DNA from: Actinomycetota bacterium
GTDB lineage: Bacteria > Actinomycetota > Acidimicrobiia > Acidimicrobiales > Ilumatobacteraceae
Assembly: GCA_046082485.1 (NCBI GenBank)
Contig: JBJTXX010000467.1
Coordinates: forward strand, 1 to 49,246
Length of the DNA stretch: 49,246 nt
Reading direction: 5' to 3'
This document shows, piece by piece, positions 35,265 to 44,611 of this stretch (within the stretch, counting starts at the first letter, position 1; each line of letters begins with the position of its first letter). Under the pieces are notes generated by a model. It ran no database searches. It had not been told where the DNA came from and worked only from the letters and a program-made list of their open reading frames with translations. Position numbers and translations under genes: made by a program.

Positions 35265-35756
35265 TCAGTCGCCGCTGATCGCGTGCACGGTCACCTCCAG
35301 CAGCCAACTGGTGTAGTTGTACAGCTGGTGTTCGGCCACCATCGGGTGGTCGTCGTCAACGTCGGTGGGGTCGTGGTCCTCGCCCACGTCGAGCAGCGTG
35401 CCCAGCACCAGACGCACATTGTTCAGCGACTGCATGAATCCCGTGATCTCGCCGTCGGTGAGGGGTCGACCGGCCCGAAGAGCATCGGTGACCGCATCCA
35501 TGCCGCCGAGACGTGAGGTCATCAACTCCTCGCGCATGTAGCGCTGGTACTCGGCGTCGGCCTCGTCGTCGAGGTGGTAGGCCGGCGGGAAGAGCCGCCG
35601 CACCAGCGGGGCCACCTGCGGGTCGTCGCTCTGCAGCAGGCCCCGCAACTCGGCCAGCAGCCGCAGCAGCAGCGAGATGTCCTGCTCGCCGAGACGCACG
35701 ACGTAGCCCTGGTCGGTGCGTTCCACAACGGGACGGTTGAACCAACGACGAGGCAT
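35265..35756 (-). CDS. DUF2017-like protein (actinobacterial ClpS-associated family)
   Basis: Start at ATG 35756 (MPRRWFNRPVVERTDQGYVVRL). It is an acidic 163-aa protein. The pattern ISLLLRLLAELRGLL...RLFPPAY...DAEYQ..M.EEL fits my recollection of DUF2017. Confidence 0.55.
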   Translation of the reverse strand: MPRRWFNRPVVERTDQGYVVRLGEQDISLLLRLLAELRGLLQSDDPQVAPLVRRLFPPAYHLDDEADAEYQRYMREELMTSRLGGMDAVTDALRAGRPLTDGEITGFMQSLNNVRLVLGTLLDVGEDHDPTDVDDDHPMVAEHQLYNYTSWLLEVTVHAISGD

Positions 35757-35784
35757 CGGGTGCGACGGTAGCGGGGCCGCGGCC

Positions 35785-36411
35785 CTATGAGGGGTCGACG
35801 ACACCCGCCTCGGCCGCGGCGTCCAGTCGCGCCAGTGCCTCCGCCCACACCTCGGGCAGGGAGGGTTGCACATGCTTGCCGTTGCGTTGCACGACCCTCG
35901 ATCGGGTCACGCCGTGCTCGCGCCAGACGCTGGCGCCCTCCGCCAGGTTGAGCAGCATCGGCGCCACACGGTCGACGGCCATCACGTAGCGCGCCTCGGG
36001 CGTCTCGCCCGCCTCGTATTCCTCCCACAGTTCGCGGAAGTGCGCACCCATCGCCGACGGCAACAGCCCGAAGAGGCGGTCCGCGGCGGCTTCCTCGCGG
36101 GCGCGCTTCGTGGCGGCCGCATCGCTGGTGTCGTAGGCGAACGTGTCACCTGCATCGATCTCGACGATGTCGTGCACGAGTGCCATGCACACAGCCCGAC
36201 CGACGTCGACGGGCTCGGTGGCGTGACCGGCGAACACCATGGCCGCGATGCCGAGGTGCCACGAGTGCTCGGCCGTGTTCTCGCGCCGTGAGCCGTCCGA
36301 CAGCCAGTTCCGCCGCTCGACGCCCTTCAGGCGATCCGCCTCCATGAAGAAGCGCAGCGCCGACTGCACCTCGGTGAGCGTGGCCACCTCGTCCGCACGA
36401 CCGTCGTCCAT
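35785..36411 (-). CDS. HD-domain phosphohydrolase (YfbR-like 5'-nucleotidase family)
   Basis: Start at ATG 36411 (MDDGRADE). Contains ENTAEHSWHL and ALVHDIVEIDAGD (H..HD..D metal motif). Confidence 0.8.
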   Translation of the reverse strand: MDDGRADEVATLTEVQSALRFFMEADRLKGVERRNWLSDGSRRENTAEHSWHLGIAAMVFAGHATEPVDVGRAVCMALVHDIVEIDAGDTFAYDTSDAAATKRAREEAAADRLFGLLPSAMGAHFRELWEEYEAGETPEARYVMAVDRVAPMLLNLAEGASVWREHGVTRSRVVQRNGKHVQPSLPEVWAEALARLDAAAEAGVVDPS

Positions 36412-36468
36412 GGACTGCGACGGTACTCGCTTCGTCGAAGTTACTGATGAGTAGATACTGTTCGCCGA

Positions 36469-37320
36469 ATGAGCGAGATCAAGCGTGTGGGCGTGTTGGG
36501 TTCGGGCATCATGGGTTCGGGACTGGCCGAGGTGGCAGCCCGCGCCGGCTACGACGTGGTCGTGCGGTCGCGCAGCATGGCCGCCGCCGAGGCAGTGCTC
36601 GCCACCATCGACCGTGGCTTCACGAAGGCCATCGAACGGGGCAAGGCCACCGAGGACGAGCGTGCTGCGGTCATCAGCCGCATCTGCCCCACCGACCACC
36701 TCGGTGATCTCGCCGGCTGCGACCTCGTGATCGAGAGCGTGGTGGAGGACCTGGGCGTGAAGAAGGCCCTGTTCGCCGAACTCGAGCAGATCGTGAAGCC
36801 CGAGGGCATCCTCGCCACCAACACCAGCACCCTTCCGGTGGTGGAACTGGCGATGGTGACCCAGCGGCCGGACAAGGTGTGCGGCATCCACTTCTTCAAC
36901 CCTGCGCCGATGATGAAGTTGGTGGAAGTGGTGCGGCCCATCACGGCGAGCGACGACACCATCGCTGCGGCACTCGGCTTCGCCACGGCCTGCGGCAAGG
37001 ACGCTGTCGAGGTGAAGGACCGCGCCGGCTTCATCGTGAACGCACTGCTGTTCCCCTACCTGAACAACGCGATCCGCATGCTCGAGAACGGCACGGCGTC
37101 GATGGAGAGCATCGACACCGCGATGAAGGGCGGCTGCAACTTCCCGATGGGCCCCTTCGCCCTGCTCGACCTGGTCGGCCTCGACACGTCGCTGGCGATC
37201 CTCGAGGCGCTGCACGCCGAGTTCGCCGACCCGAACTACTCGCCGGCACCCACGCTGCGCCGCATGGTCACCGCCGGCCACCTGGGCCGCAAGACCAAGC
37301 GCGGCTTCTACAGCTACTGA
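36469..37320 (+). CDS. hbd: 3-hydroxybutyryl-CoA / 3-hydroxyacyl-CoA dehydrogenase
   Basis: Rossmann motif VGVLGSGIMGSGLA, plus NTSTLPV, HFFNPAPMMKLVEV and GFIVNALLFPYLN. Confidence 0.9.
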   Translation: MSEIKRVGVLGSGIMGSGLAEVAARAGYDVVVRSRSMAAAEAVLATIDRGFTKAIERGKATEDERAAVISRICPTDHLGDLAGCDLVIESVVEDLGVKKALFAELEQIVKPEGILATNTSTLPVVELAMVTQRPDKVCGIHFFNPAPMMKLVEVVRPITASDDTIAAALGFATACGKDAVEVKDRAGFIVNALLFPYLNNAIRMLENGTASMESIDTAMKGGCNFPMGPFALLDLVGLDTSLAILEALHAEFADPNYSPAPTLRRMVTAGHLGRKTKRGFYSY

Positions 37321-37330
37321 TCGGGGCTGG

Positions 37331-37999
37331 ATGACACCGGCCCCCGTCGAACCGCCGCCCAGCCGCTGGCAGATGCCCGACCCGGGCACGGCCGACCGCA
37401 GCGGACTGGTCTGCGTGGGGGGAGACCTCGAGCCCGGCACCCTGCTGTCGGCGTACCGCAGCGGTCTGTTCCCGATGCCGTTCGACCGGCGACGCATCGG
37501 CTGGTGGTCACCCGACCCGCGCGGCGTGCTGCCGCTCGACGGCCTGCGGGTGTCGCGGTCGTTGCGCAAGAGCTGCGCCCGCTTCGACATCACCTTCGAC
37601 ACCCGCTTCGACGACGTCATGCGGGCCTGCGCCGACCCCCACCGCCCCCACGGCTGGATCAACGAGCCCTTCGTCGCGGCCTACACCCGTCTGCACCGGA
37701 TGGGCTGGGCGCACAGTGTGGAGGCATGGCTGGACGGTCGGCTCGTGGGCGGCCTGTACGGCGTGCGCATCGCTGGCCTCTTCGCCGGGGAGTCGATGTT
37801 CCACGAAGCCACCGATGCATCGAAGGTGACGCTGGTGGCGCTGGTGCAACACCTGAACGACACGGGGGCGCTGTTGCTCGACGTGCAGTGGCGCACCGAT
37901 CACCTCGCCAGTCTCGGCGTGGTCGACGTGCCCCGCGCCGACTACCTGCACCTGCTGGCCGATGCCATCGCCCCTGCCTCGGGTGGCGAAACCCGATGA
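37331..37999 (+). CDS. aat: Leucyl/phenylalanyl-tRNA--protein transferase
   Basis: Contains LLSAYRSGLFPM, WWSPDPRGVLPL, GWAHSVEAW..G.LVGGLYGV and GESMFH. Confidence 0.9.
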   Translation: MTPAPVEPPPSRWQMPDPGTADRSGLVCVGGDLEPGTLLSAYRSGLFPMPFDRRRIGWWSPDPRGVLPLDGLRVSRSLRKSCARFDITFDTRFDDVMRACADPHRPHGWINEPFVAAYTRLHRMGWAHSVEAWLDGRLVGGLYGVRIAGLFAGESMFHEATDASKVTLVALVQHLNDTGALLLDVQWRTDHLASLGVVDVPRADYLHLLADAIAPASGGETR

Positions 38000-39969
38000 G
38001 AGAGGACACACTTCCCGCCATGACCCAACGCGACGAACCGTGGTTGATGCGCACCTACTCCGGCCACTCGTCGGCGAAGGCATCGAACGAGCTCTACCGC
38101 ACGAACCTGGCGAAGGGGCAGACCGGGCTGTCGATCGCATTCGACCTTCCCACCCAAACCGGCTACGACCCCGACCACGTGCTGGCGCGCGGCGAGGTGG
38201 GCAAGGTGGGCGTGCCCGTGGTGCACCTCGGCCACATGCGCACGCTGCTCGACGGCATTCCGCCCGGGCAGATGAACACCTCGATGACCATCAACGCGAC
38301 GGCGGCCTGGTTGCTGGCGCTCTACGTGGCCAACGCAGAGGAACAGGACGTGCCGTCCGTCGCCCTGCGCGGCACCACCCAGAACGACATCGTGAAGGAA
38401 TACCTGTCACGCGGCACCTACATCTTCCCGCCCGAGCCCAGCCGACGGCTGATCGTCGACGTTGTGGCGTGGTGCGCGCAGCACGCCCCGAAGTGGAACC
38501 CGATGAACGTCTGCAGCTACCACCTGCAGGAGGCCGGTGCCACGCCCGTGCAGGAGATCGCCTTCTCGTTGGCCACCGCCATCGACGTGCTCGACGCGGT
38601 GAAGGCCAGTGGTCAGGTCGCCGACGAACAATTCGCACAGGTCTTCGGCGCCATCTCGTTCTTCGTGAACGCCGGCATCCGGTTCGTGGAGGAGGTCTGC
38701 AAGCTGCGCGCCTTCACCGATCTCTGGGATCGCATCGGGCTCGAGCGCTACGGCGTCACCGACGCCAAGGCCCGCCGGTTCCGTTACGGCGTGCAGGTGA
38801 ACAGCCTCGGCCTCACCGAGGCTCAGCCCGAGAACAACGTGCAGCGCATCGTGCTCGAGATGCTGGCCGTCACGCTCTCGAAGAAGGCCAGGGCCCGCAG
38901 TGTGCAGCTGCCGGCGTGGAACGAGGCCCTCGGTCTGCCCCGCCCCTGGGACCAACAGTGGGCCCTGCGCATGCAACAGGTGCTGGCGTTCGAGACCGAC
39001 CTACTGGAGTACGGCGACCTGTTCGACGGCTCGCACGTCATCGAGGCGAAGACCGCCGAACTGCGCGACGCCGCGTGGGCCGAACTGCAGGAGGTGCTGT
39101 CGCTGGGCGGCGCCTTCGCGGCAGTCGACGAACTGAAGGGCCGTCTGGTGCGCAGCATGGCCGAGCGCACACGCCGCATCGAGGCGGGTGAGCAGACGGT
39201 GGTGGGCGTGAACGCCTTCACCGAGACCGAACCCAGCCCGCTCGACTCGCCGGGCAACATCCTGACGGTCGACCCGGCCATCGAGCACCAGCTGATCGAT
39301 GAGACCGCAACCTGGCGGGCCGCCCGCGACCAACGCGCCGTCGACGCAGCCATCGCCGCCCTGCACGACGCCGCTGTCGGGGGCGGGAACATCATGGAGC
39401 CCTCGATCGCGCTCGCGAAGGCGGGCGGCACCACCGGCGAGTGGGCGGCGTGCCTGCGCGAGGTGTTCGGCGAGTTCCGGGCACCCACCGGGGTGAACGC
39501 CGCGGTGGGTCGGCGGGTGGGCGAGTTGGCCGAGGTGGCCGAGTACGTGCGCAGCATCCCCGGCGGACCGCCCCGCTTCCTGGTCGCCAAGCCGGGCCTC
39601 GACGGCCACAGCAACGGCGCCGAACAGATCGCAGTCGCCGCGCGCGACGCCGGCATGGAGGTCGTGTACAGCGGCATCCGCCTGACACCCGAGCAGATCG
39701 TCGCGAGCGCCCGCGACGAGGACCCCGACGTGATCGGCCTGTCGATCCTCAGCGGGTCGCACCTCGAGCTGGTGCCCTCCATCGTCGACATGCTGCGGGC
39801 CGTGGGGGTCGAGGCTCCCGTGGTGGTCGGTGGCATCATCCCCGAGACCGACCGCGGACGCCTCGCCGACGCAGGTGTCAGCGCGGTCTACACCCCGAAG
39901 GACTTCGAGCTGTCACGCATCATGCGCGATGTGGCCCAACTGGCCGCAGCGCACCGCACTGCGGGCTGA
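37996..39969 (+). CDS. meaA: Fused methylmalonyl-CoA mutase family protein (MeaA/ethylmalonyl-CoA mutase-like) with C-terminal B12-binding domain
   Basis: The ATG at 37996 overlaps the aat stop (ATGA). PWLMRTYSGHSSAKASNELYR..GQTGLSIAFDLPTQTGYD..ARGEVGKVGV matches the MeaA-type N-terminus as I recall it. The C-terminal GLDGHSNG block is the DxHxxG-type cobalamin motif. Substrate specificity is not proven. Confidence 0.75.
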   Translation: MREDTLPAMTQRDEPWLMRTYSGHSSAKASNELYRTNLAKGQTGLSIAFDLPTQTGYDPDHVLARGEVGKVGVPVVHLGHMRTLLDGIPPGQMNTSMTINATAAWLLALYVANAEEQDVPSVALRGTTQNDIVKEYLSRGTYIFPPEPSRRLIVDVVAWCAQHAPKWNPMNVCSYHLQEAGATPVQEIAFSLATAIDVLDAVKASGQVADEQFAQVFGAISFFVNAGIRFVEEVCKLRAFTDLWDRIGLERYGVTDAKARRFRYGVQVNSLGLTEAQPENNVQRIVLEMLAVTLSKKARARSVQLPAWNEALGLPRPWDQQWALRMQQVLAFETDLLEYGDLFDGSHVIEAKTAELRDAAWAELQEVLSLGGAFAAVDELKGRLVRSMAERTRRIEAGEQTVVGVNAFTETEPSPLDSPGNILTVDPAIEHQLIDETATWRAARDQRAVDAAIAALHDAAVGGGNIMEPSIALAKAGGTTGEWAACLREVFGEFRAPTGVNAAVGRRVGELAEVAEYVRSIPGGPPRFLVAKPGLDGHSNGAEQIAVAARDAGMEVVYSGIRLTPEQIVASARDEDPDVIGLSILSGSHLELVPSIVDMLRAVGVEAPVVVGGIIPETDRGRLADAGVSAVYTPKDFELSRIMRDVAQLAAAHRTAG

Positions 39970-39983
39970 ACCATCGCCGCGGT

Positions 39984-41891
39984 CTAGAAGAAGTAGAGGG
40001 CGCCGCGCAGATCGACGCCGAGTTGCGTGCCCTCGAGCGTCAGGTGGCGCGGGTTGAACCCGGCGGCATGGATGGTGAGCGCGATGCGGTCGGTGTCGAC
40101 GTCGCTGGGGGTGGCGAACGCGAACATCCCGTTGACATCGGTGCGACCACGCGCCAGTTCCTTGGCAGGCCTGCCCGTACGGTGCGCCATCACCGCCACC
40201 TCGGCACCCGGCACCGGTGGGCGCTCGCCCGTCGTGTCGGGGTCGTTCTCGCAGACGGTGACCCTGGCGGTGCGCAGGTCGGGCTTGCGCTCGACCTCGA
40301 CGTGCAGGTCGATCAACCAGATCATCGGTTCGGCCACCACGGCGGCGAAGCCGGCCTCGAGGGCGTGACCGGACGGGTTGGCACGCAACGAGACGTCCTG
40401 GGGCGCCATGCCGTGGTCGGCGGTGAGCACGAACAGCGTGTCGTCGAACAGACCCTGTTCATCGAGCACGGCCAACACCTCACCGATGCGGAGATCGGTC
40501 TCGGCCAGCGCATCGGAGAGCCCGTGGGAGTGCGGCCCGTACTCGTGACCGGCCCCGTCGGTGAGCGCCAGCTCGTGGTACACGAACAACGGCGGCTCGA
40601 GACCCTCACGAGTGAACAACTCCACCACTTGGGCGAGGCCGCGGGTGTCGAGCAGCGACTCGCTGGCAACCGACTGGTGCTCATCGGCCCAGCGCGGGTT
40701 CATGTGCTCGGCGAACCGTGCGGTCAGTTCCTTCACACGCGCCCGGTCGCACAGGTTGCGGCCCTCGAGCACGGCGTGGGTGGCCGAACGGCCGAAGGGA
40801 GCATGGATGGCCGCGGTCGTGCAGTCGGGGTGCACGCGCTGGCAGGCCTCGTGCAGGCTCTCGACGGCAGTGCTCGCGAATCGCTCGGTGCCGACCTGCA
40901 GACCCTGCGGCGACACCGTCTCGCGCGTGTCGCGCAGGTAGTAGGTGGGGTTCACCACGTCGTGGTGCCCGCACCACGTGCCGGTGCCGATGGTGGTGTG
41001 GCTGGGCCACGTGATCGAGGGGAAGTTCACCATCGAGCCGCCGTCCATCACGGCGGCCCGCTCGCGGAGCCTGCGGATGTTGGGCAGCGCCATCGGGTCG
41101 GTGGCCAGTTGGCGTTCGAGTTCGGTGTGGTGCAGACCGTCGAGCAGGAACACGTAGAGCCGTGTGGGCCGGGCACCCCGCTTGTCGACGACGTCGTGCA
41201 GCACGCTGCCGTCCTGCCGGGCGAGGTACACGTCGCCCGACGGCTGCCCTCCGGGGCCGACACCTTCCACGCGCGGGAAGCCCATCGCTGCGAGGCACGT
41301 GGGCGCGATGTCGACCGCACGCGCCGCAGCGGCATGGTGACCGGCTCGCACACCACGACCGCTGAACCACAGTGGGGCCCTCGCCTGACGCACGTGCAGC
41401 GCACCATGGGTGCCGGGCTGCGAACCCGAGCACCAGTCCCGCGGCGACACCGCGATGTCGGGCGCGTTCGGCGAGTCGAAGAGTTGGGCGATCCGCTCGT
41501 AGGCGAACGGATAGGTCTGGTGCTCCGGTGCGACGAAGCGACGGGTCGGGTCGGCTCCGTCGAAGCCCGACGCGTCGGCCGCAAGCTCCTCGAGTTCCAC
41601 CGAGTTCAAGGCAAGAGGGTCCTGCCGGGCGACCGGGTTCTCACCCAGCACCTCCACCACCTCGAAGTGCAGTCGGCCCTCGTCGTCGACGAAGCGCTGG
41701 AACCGCACCATGCCCCGTTCGGCCCATGCCTCGTAACCCGTGGGTCGCCAGGTGAGCAACAGGTCGATCTGCGGACCGACCACCGGATCGGTGAGCAGCG
41801 TGGCGATCAGTCGGTTGCCCGACTCGGTCTGCTGCGGGTCGAGACCCTGGCCGACCAGTCGCTCGGGTCCGTGTTCACGCATGCTGATCAC
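39984..41891 (-). CDS. Alkaline-phosphatase superfamily nucleotide pyrophosphatase/phosphodiesterase (NPP-like) with extra N- and C-terminal domains
   Basis: Metal/nucleophile blocks are FLLDGL, FPSITWPSHTTIGTGTWCGHHDV, TDGAGHEYGP and LTADHGM. I recognise no signal peptide. The C-terminal roughly 90 aa are beta-rich (carboxypeptidase-regulatory-like). Confidence 0.7.
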   Translation of the reverse strand: MISMREHGPERLVGQGLDPQQTESGNRLIATLLTDPVVGPQIDLLLTWRPTGYEAWAERGMVRFQRFVDDEGRLHFEVVEVLGENPVARQDPLALNSVELEELAADASGFDGADPTRRFVAPEHQTYPFAYERIAQLFDSPNAPDIAVSPRDWCSGSQPGTHGALHVRQARAPLWFSGRGVRAGHHAAAARAVDIAPTCLAAMGFPRVEGVGPGGQPSGDVYLARQDGSVLHDVVDKRGARPTRLYVFLLDGLHHTELERQLATDPMALPNIRRLRERAAVMDGGSMVNFPSITWPSHTTIGTGTWCGHHDVVNPTYYLRDTRETVSPQGLQVGTERFASTAVESLHEACQRVHPDCTTAAIHAPFGRSATHAVLEGRNLCDRARVKELTARFAEHMNPRWADEHQSVASESLLDTRGLAQVVELFTREGLEPPLFVYHELALTDGAGHEYGPHSHGLSDALAETDLRIGEVLAVLDEQGLFDDTLFVLTADHGMAPQDVSLRANPSGHALEAGFAAVVAEPMIWLIDLHVEVERKPDLRTARVTVCENDPDTTGERPPVPGAEVAVMAHRTGRPAKELARGRTDVNGMFAFATPSDVDTDRIALTIHAAGFNPRHLTLEGTQLGVDLRGALYFF

Positions 41892-41924
41892 AGTATCCGT
41901 GGCAAGGGGTTGCCCGCCTGTCGG

Positions 41925-43415
41925 TCATGAGCCGCCGGTGACGGGAATGCGCAGTCGCGTGGGGTTCGGGTTGCGCTCGCCGCGCTCACGAGCGCGCAGG
42001 GCCGCCCAACGCTGCTCGACGCGCTCGCGATGGGCGTCGGGTTCCACGTCGGGCAGCATCGCGTGCCGACAGCGGCTGAGTCCCGCCTCGCGCCGGCGGA
42101 GGTCGAGCAGGTCGTGCAGGCTGAGGTGCAACTCGCGGTACATCTCGGTGCCGTAGGTGCCGCGGAACATCATCGCGAGGTCGCCGCTGTGTTCCCAGTT
42201 GGCCTGATCGTCGAGTTCGAGACGGACCATCTCGTGGAAGCGAGTGCCGGGCAACGGGTAGCTGACGCTGACGCCGATGTCGTCGGGCAGCAGTTCCGAC
42301 ACCATCGACACGGTCGATTCGATGTCGTCCCACGTCTCGCCCGGATAGCCGAACTGGATGAAGAAGCATGCCCGGATGCCGTGGTCGCCGAGACGCATGC
42401 GCGCCGTGCGGATCTGCTCGACGGTGATCTCCTTGTCCATCGCATCGAGCACCCGCTGGCTGCCGCTCTCGGCACCCAGCCACACTTCCTCGCAGCCGCT
42501 GCGCGCCAGTGCGTCGACGGCCTGCTCGTTCATCAGGTCACAACGGCTCTGCATCGTGAACGGCACGCGCACACCGGCCTGCTGCACACGGTCGGCGAAC
42601 GCGGCCAGCCAGTCGCTGCGCAGGCCGAAGATGTCGTCGGCGAACCACAGGTGGTCGGGTGCGTAGTCCCGGGCCAGCAGGATGACCTCGTCGGCCACCT
42701 CCTGCGCGGACCGCATCGCGTAGCGCTGACCCCAGATCGGCTTGGCGCACCAGTTGCACGAGTAGGGGCAGCCGCGGGTGGAGACGATGTTCAGCGAGAA
42801 CCGCCCGTGCGCCTGCACCCACGCCTGCCGGTAGGCATCCATGTCGACGAGGTCGCGGGCCGGCAGGCCGAACACGTCGGGGTGGCGCTCGATGGAGCGT
42901 CGGCCGTTCGAGTGCACGGAGCCGTCGTCGATCACCGCAACCCCGGGGATGTCGGCGAGCGACTGCAGCGGGTCGGGGCCCAGCCAGCGGCTCACCACCT
43001 CGCGCATCGAGTGCTCGCCCTCGCCGAGCAGGCATGCCTCGGCGCCGGCTGCGAGGTACACCTCGGCATGGTCGGTCACGTCGGCACCGCAGACGGCGAC
43101 ACGGCAGCCCGCCTTGCGAGCCATGCCGATCATGACGATCGCTGCCTCGCGCATGCGGGTGAGGCACATCTTCGAGAGGAAGTTGAAGTTGTCCTCGAAC
43201 AGCACCACCACCTGCGGCCGGTGCTCGGTCAGGCTGTCGCGGAACTCGTGTTCGTCGGCGGCAAGCATCGCGTCGAAGAGCGCCACGTCGAGGCCGTCGG
43301 CCCGCAGCACCGTGGCCGCGTGCAGCGTGTTCAGCGGCGGGTACGGCTTCATCTTCGCGTGCTGCTTCGGGTCGAGGCGCAGGAAGTACGAGTGCGCCAA
43401 CAGGACGGTGGTCAT
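41925..43415 (-). CDS. B12-binding domain radical SAM protein (class B)
   Basis: Start at ATG 43415 (MTTVLLAHSYF). The N-terminal region is cobalamin-binding-like. The radical SAM cluster motif is GCPYSCNWC. GAESGSQRVLDAMDK is also present. Confidence 0.85.
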   Translation of the reverse strand: MTTVLLAHSYFLRLDPKQHAKMKPYPPLNTLHAATVLRADGLDVALFDAMLAADEHEFRDSLTEHRPQVVVLFEDNFNFLSKMCLTRMREAAIVMIGMARKAGCRVAVCGADVTDHAEVYLAAGAEACLLGEGEHSMREVVSRWLGPDPLQSLADIPGVAVIDDGSVHSNGRRSIERHPDVFGLPARDLVDMDAYRQAWVQAHGRFSLNIVSTRGCPYSCNWCAKPIWGQRYAMRSAQEVADEVILLARDYAPDHLWFADDIFGLRSDWLAAFADRVQQAGVRVPFTMQSRCDLMNEQAVDALARSGCEEVWLGAESGSQRVLDAMDKEITVEQIRTARMRLGDHGIRACFFIQFGYPGETWDDIESTVSMVSELLPDDIGVSVSYPLPGTRFHEMVRLELDDQANWEHSGDLAMMFRGTYGTEMYRELHLSLHDLLDLRRREAGLSRCRHAMLPDVEPDAHRERVEQRWAALRARERGERNPNPTRLRIPVTGGS

Positions 43416-43486
43416 CGCCGACCCTGTCCGGCTGCGCGTTGCGTCAGCCCCGTCTTCGTGCGCCCCATGAGGCCATCGTAGGCGGA

Positions 43487-44575
43487 TCACCGACCCCGTG
43501 GCGAGGGTTCACGCCAGAACCGACGAACACGCGCGGAAAGCCCCCCACCGACCAACGACTGCGCCAGCTGTCGCACCACCGCCCGGCGCTCGCTGCCCCC
43601 GTCCGCGAACGCCAGCCGCCAGCGCCCGGTGGTGCGCTGCGTGGGGTCGCGCAGCACGGCTGCGGGGTCGAGCCCAGTGAGTCTTCCGGCGGCGGGAAGC
43701 CGCCGCAGCTCCCGGTCGAGCAGGTGTCGGGGCACCACTGTCGGCAGCAGGCTGTCGCACATCCACAGGCCGGGGGCTGTGAGGCGAGGGTCGATGGTCG
43801 CCATCACATCTGCGATCGCGTCCCAGTCGACTCCAGCGGAATGCAGGAACCACACGTCCACGACGTTCACCGCCCGCACCTCGGCGCGCACCACGGTCGA
43901 CGACAGGTGGCCGATCGCATGGGCAGCCATGTGCGCCCTCGACCATTCACCGGTGAAGGTGGGCCCGGGCGCGGTGTAGCCGTGGAGGAACTGCCCCCAA
44001 CCCGGGTGCACCTCGATGCGGCCGTTGTGCTCGGCCGACTCGCCGTCGGTCCTTCCCACGTCTCCGTCTCCCCAGGCGAGGAACGTGTCCTCGTGCTCCG
44101 ACGACGACTCGAGCCGATGGCCGTCTGCCGTCAGCGCGGCACACGCCGCTGCCCGCATCGACACCGGCACCATCAGGTCCACGTCACTCATGGGTCGTGT
44201 GTCGGCAGGCAGCCATACCGGCGCCTCACCGGTGTGGCCGCACAGCGCCGCGCCCTTCAGCGCCACGACCGGCACGCCGGCCGCACCCAGCGAACGCAGC
44301 ACCTCCGGCACCAGCGCCGCGAACCTGCCATGGCGCAACGCCACCTCATGCCGCTGGTCGTCGAGATAGCGCCGCACCGGCCCGTCGCCGTCCACCAGGC
44401 CGAGATGCGCGGCGAGTGCCGTCAGGCCGGTGGCGAACCCAACGGTGGACAGGTCGTCCGCCGACATCCTCCGCTGGTCCACGGGTTCGCCCCGCAGCGC
44501 GCCCAGCACGCAACGCATCAACTCGTCCTGCTGGCGGCGGAAGGGCGTGACGGAGGGGCCGATGCCCGCCGACAC
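43487..44575 (-). CDS. Uncharacterised nucleotidyltransferase family protein (PF14907/NTP_transf_5-like)
   Basis: VVALKGAAL....RPMSDVDLMVP....A...L..DGH fits the family pattern (KG...R..DxD). This is motif recognition only. Confidence 0.55.
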   Translation of the reverse strand: MSAGIGPSVTPFRRQQDELMRCVLGALRGEPVDQRRMSADDLSTVGFATGLTALAAHLGLVDGDGPVRRYLDDQRHEVALRHGRFAALVPEVLRSLGAAGVPVVALKGAALCGHTGEAPVWLPADTRPMSDVDLMVPVSMRAAACAALTADGHRLESSSEHEDTFLAWGDGDVGRTDGESAEHNGRIEVHPGWGQFLHGYTAPGPTFTGEWSRAHMAAHAIGHLSSTVVRAEVRAVNVVDVWFLHSAGVDWDAIADVMATIDPRLTAPGLWMCDSLLPTVVPRHLLDRELRRLPAAGRLTGLDPAAVLRDPTQRTTGRWRLAFADGGSERRAVVRQLAQSLVGGGLSARVRRFWREPSPRGR

Positions 44576-44611
44576 TACTGACGCCCAGTGCGCCCGATCA
44601 GGCGTGACGGA

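Noticed and set aside
37900-38000. Looked for a cobalamin riboswitch upstream of the B12-dependent mutase, and also upstream of the B12-radical SAM gene at 43416..43486.
   Set aside because: The mutase start overlaps the aat stop, so there is no leader. The 71-nt spacer before the rSAM gene is too short and shows no recognisable B12-box.
39970-39983. A 14-nt gap between the convergent MeaA-like and NPP-like genes, checked for a shared terminator.
   Set aside because: The gap is too short for a hairpin and no inverted repeat is visible. Termination signals, if any, must lie inside the opposing coding regions.
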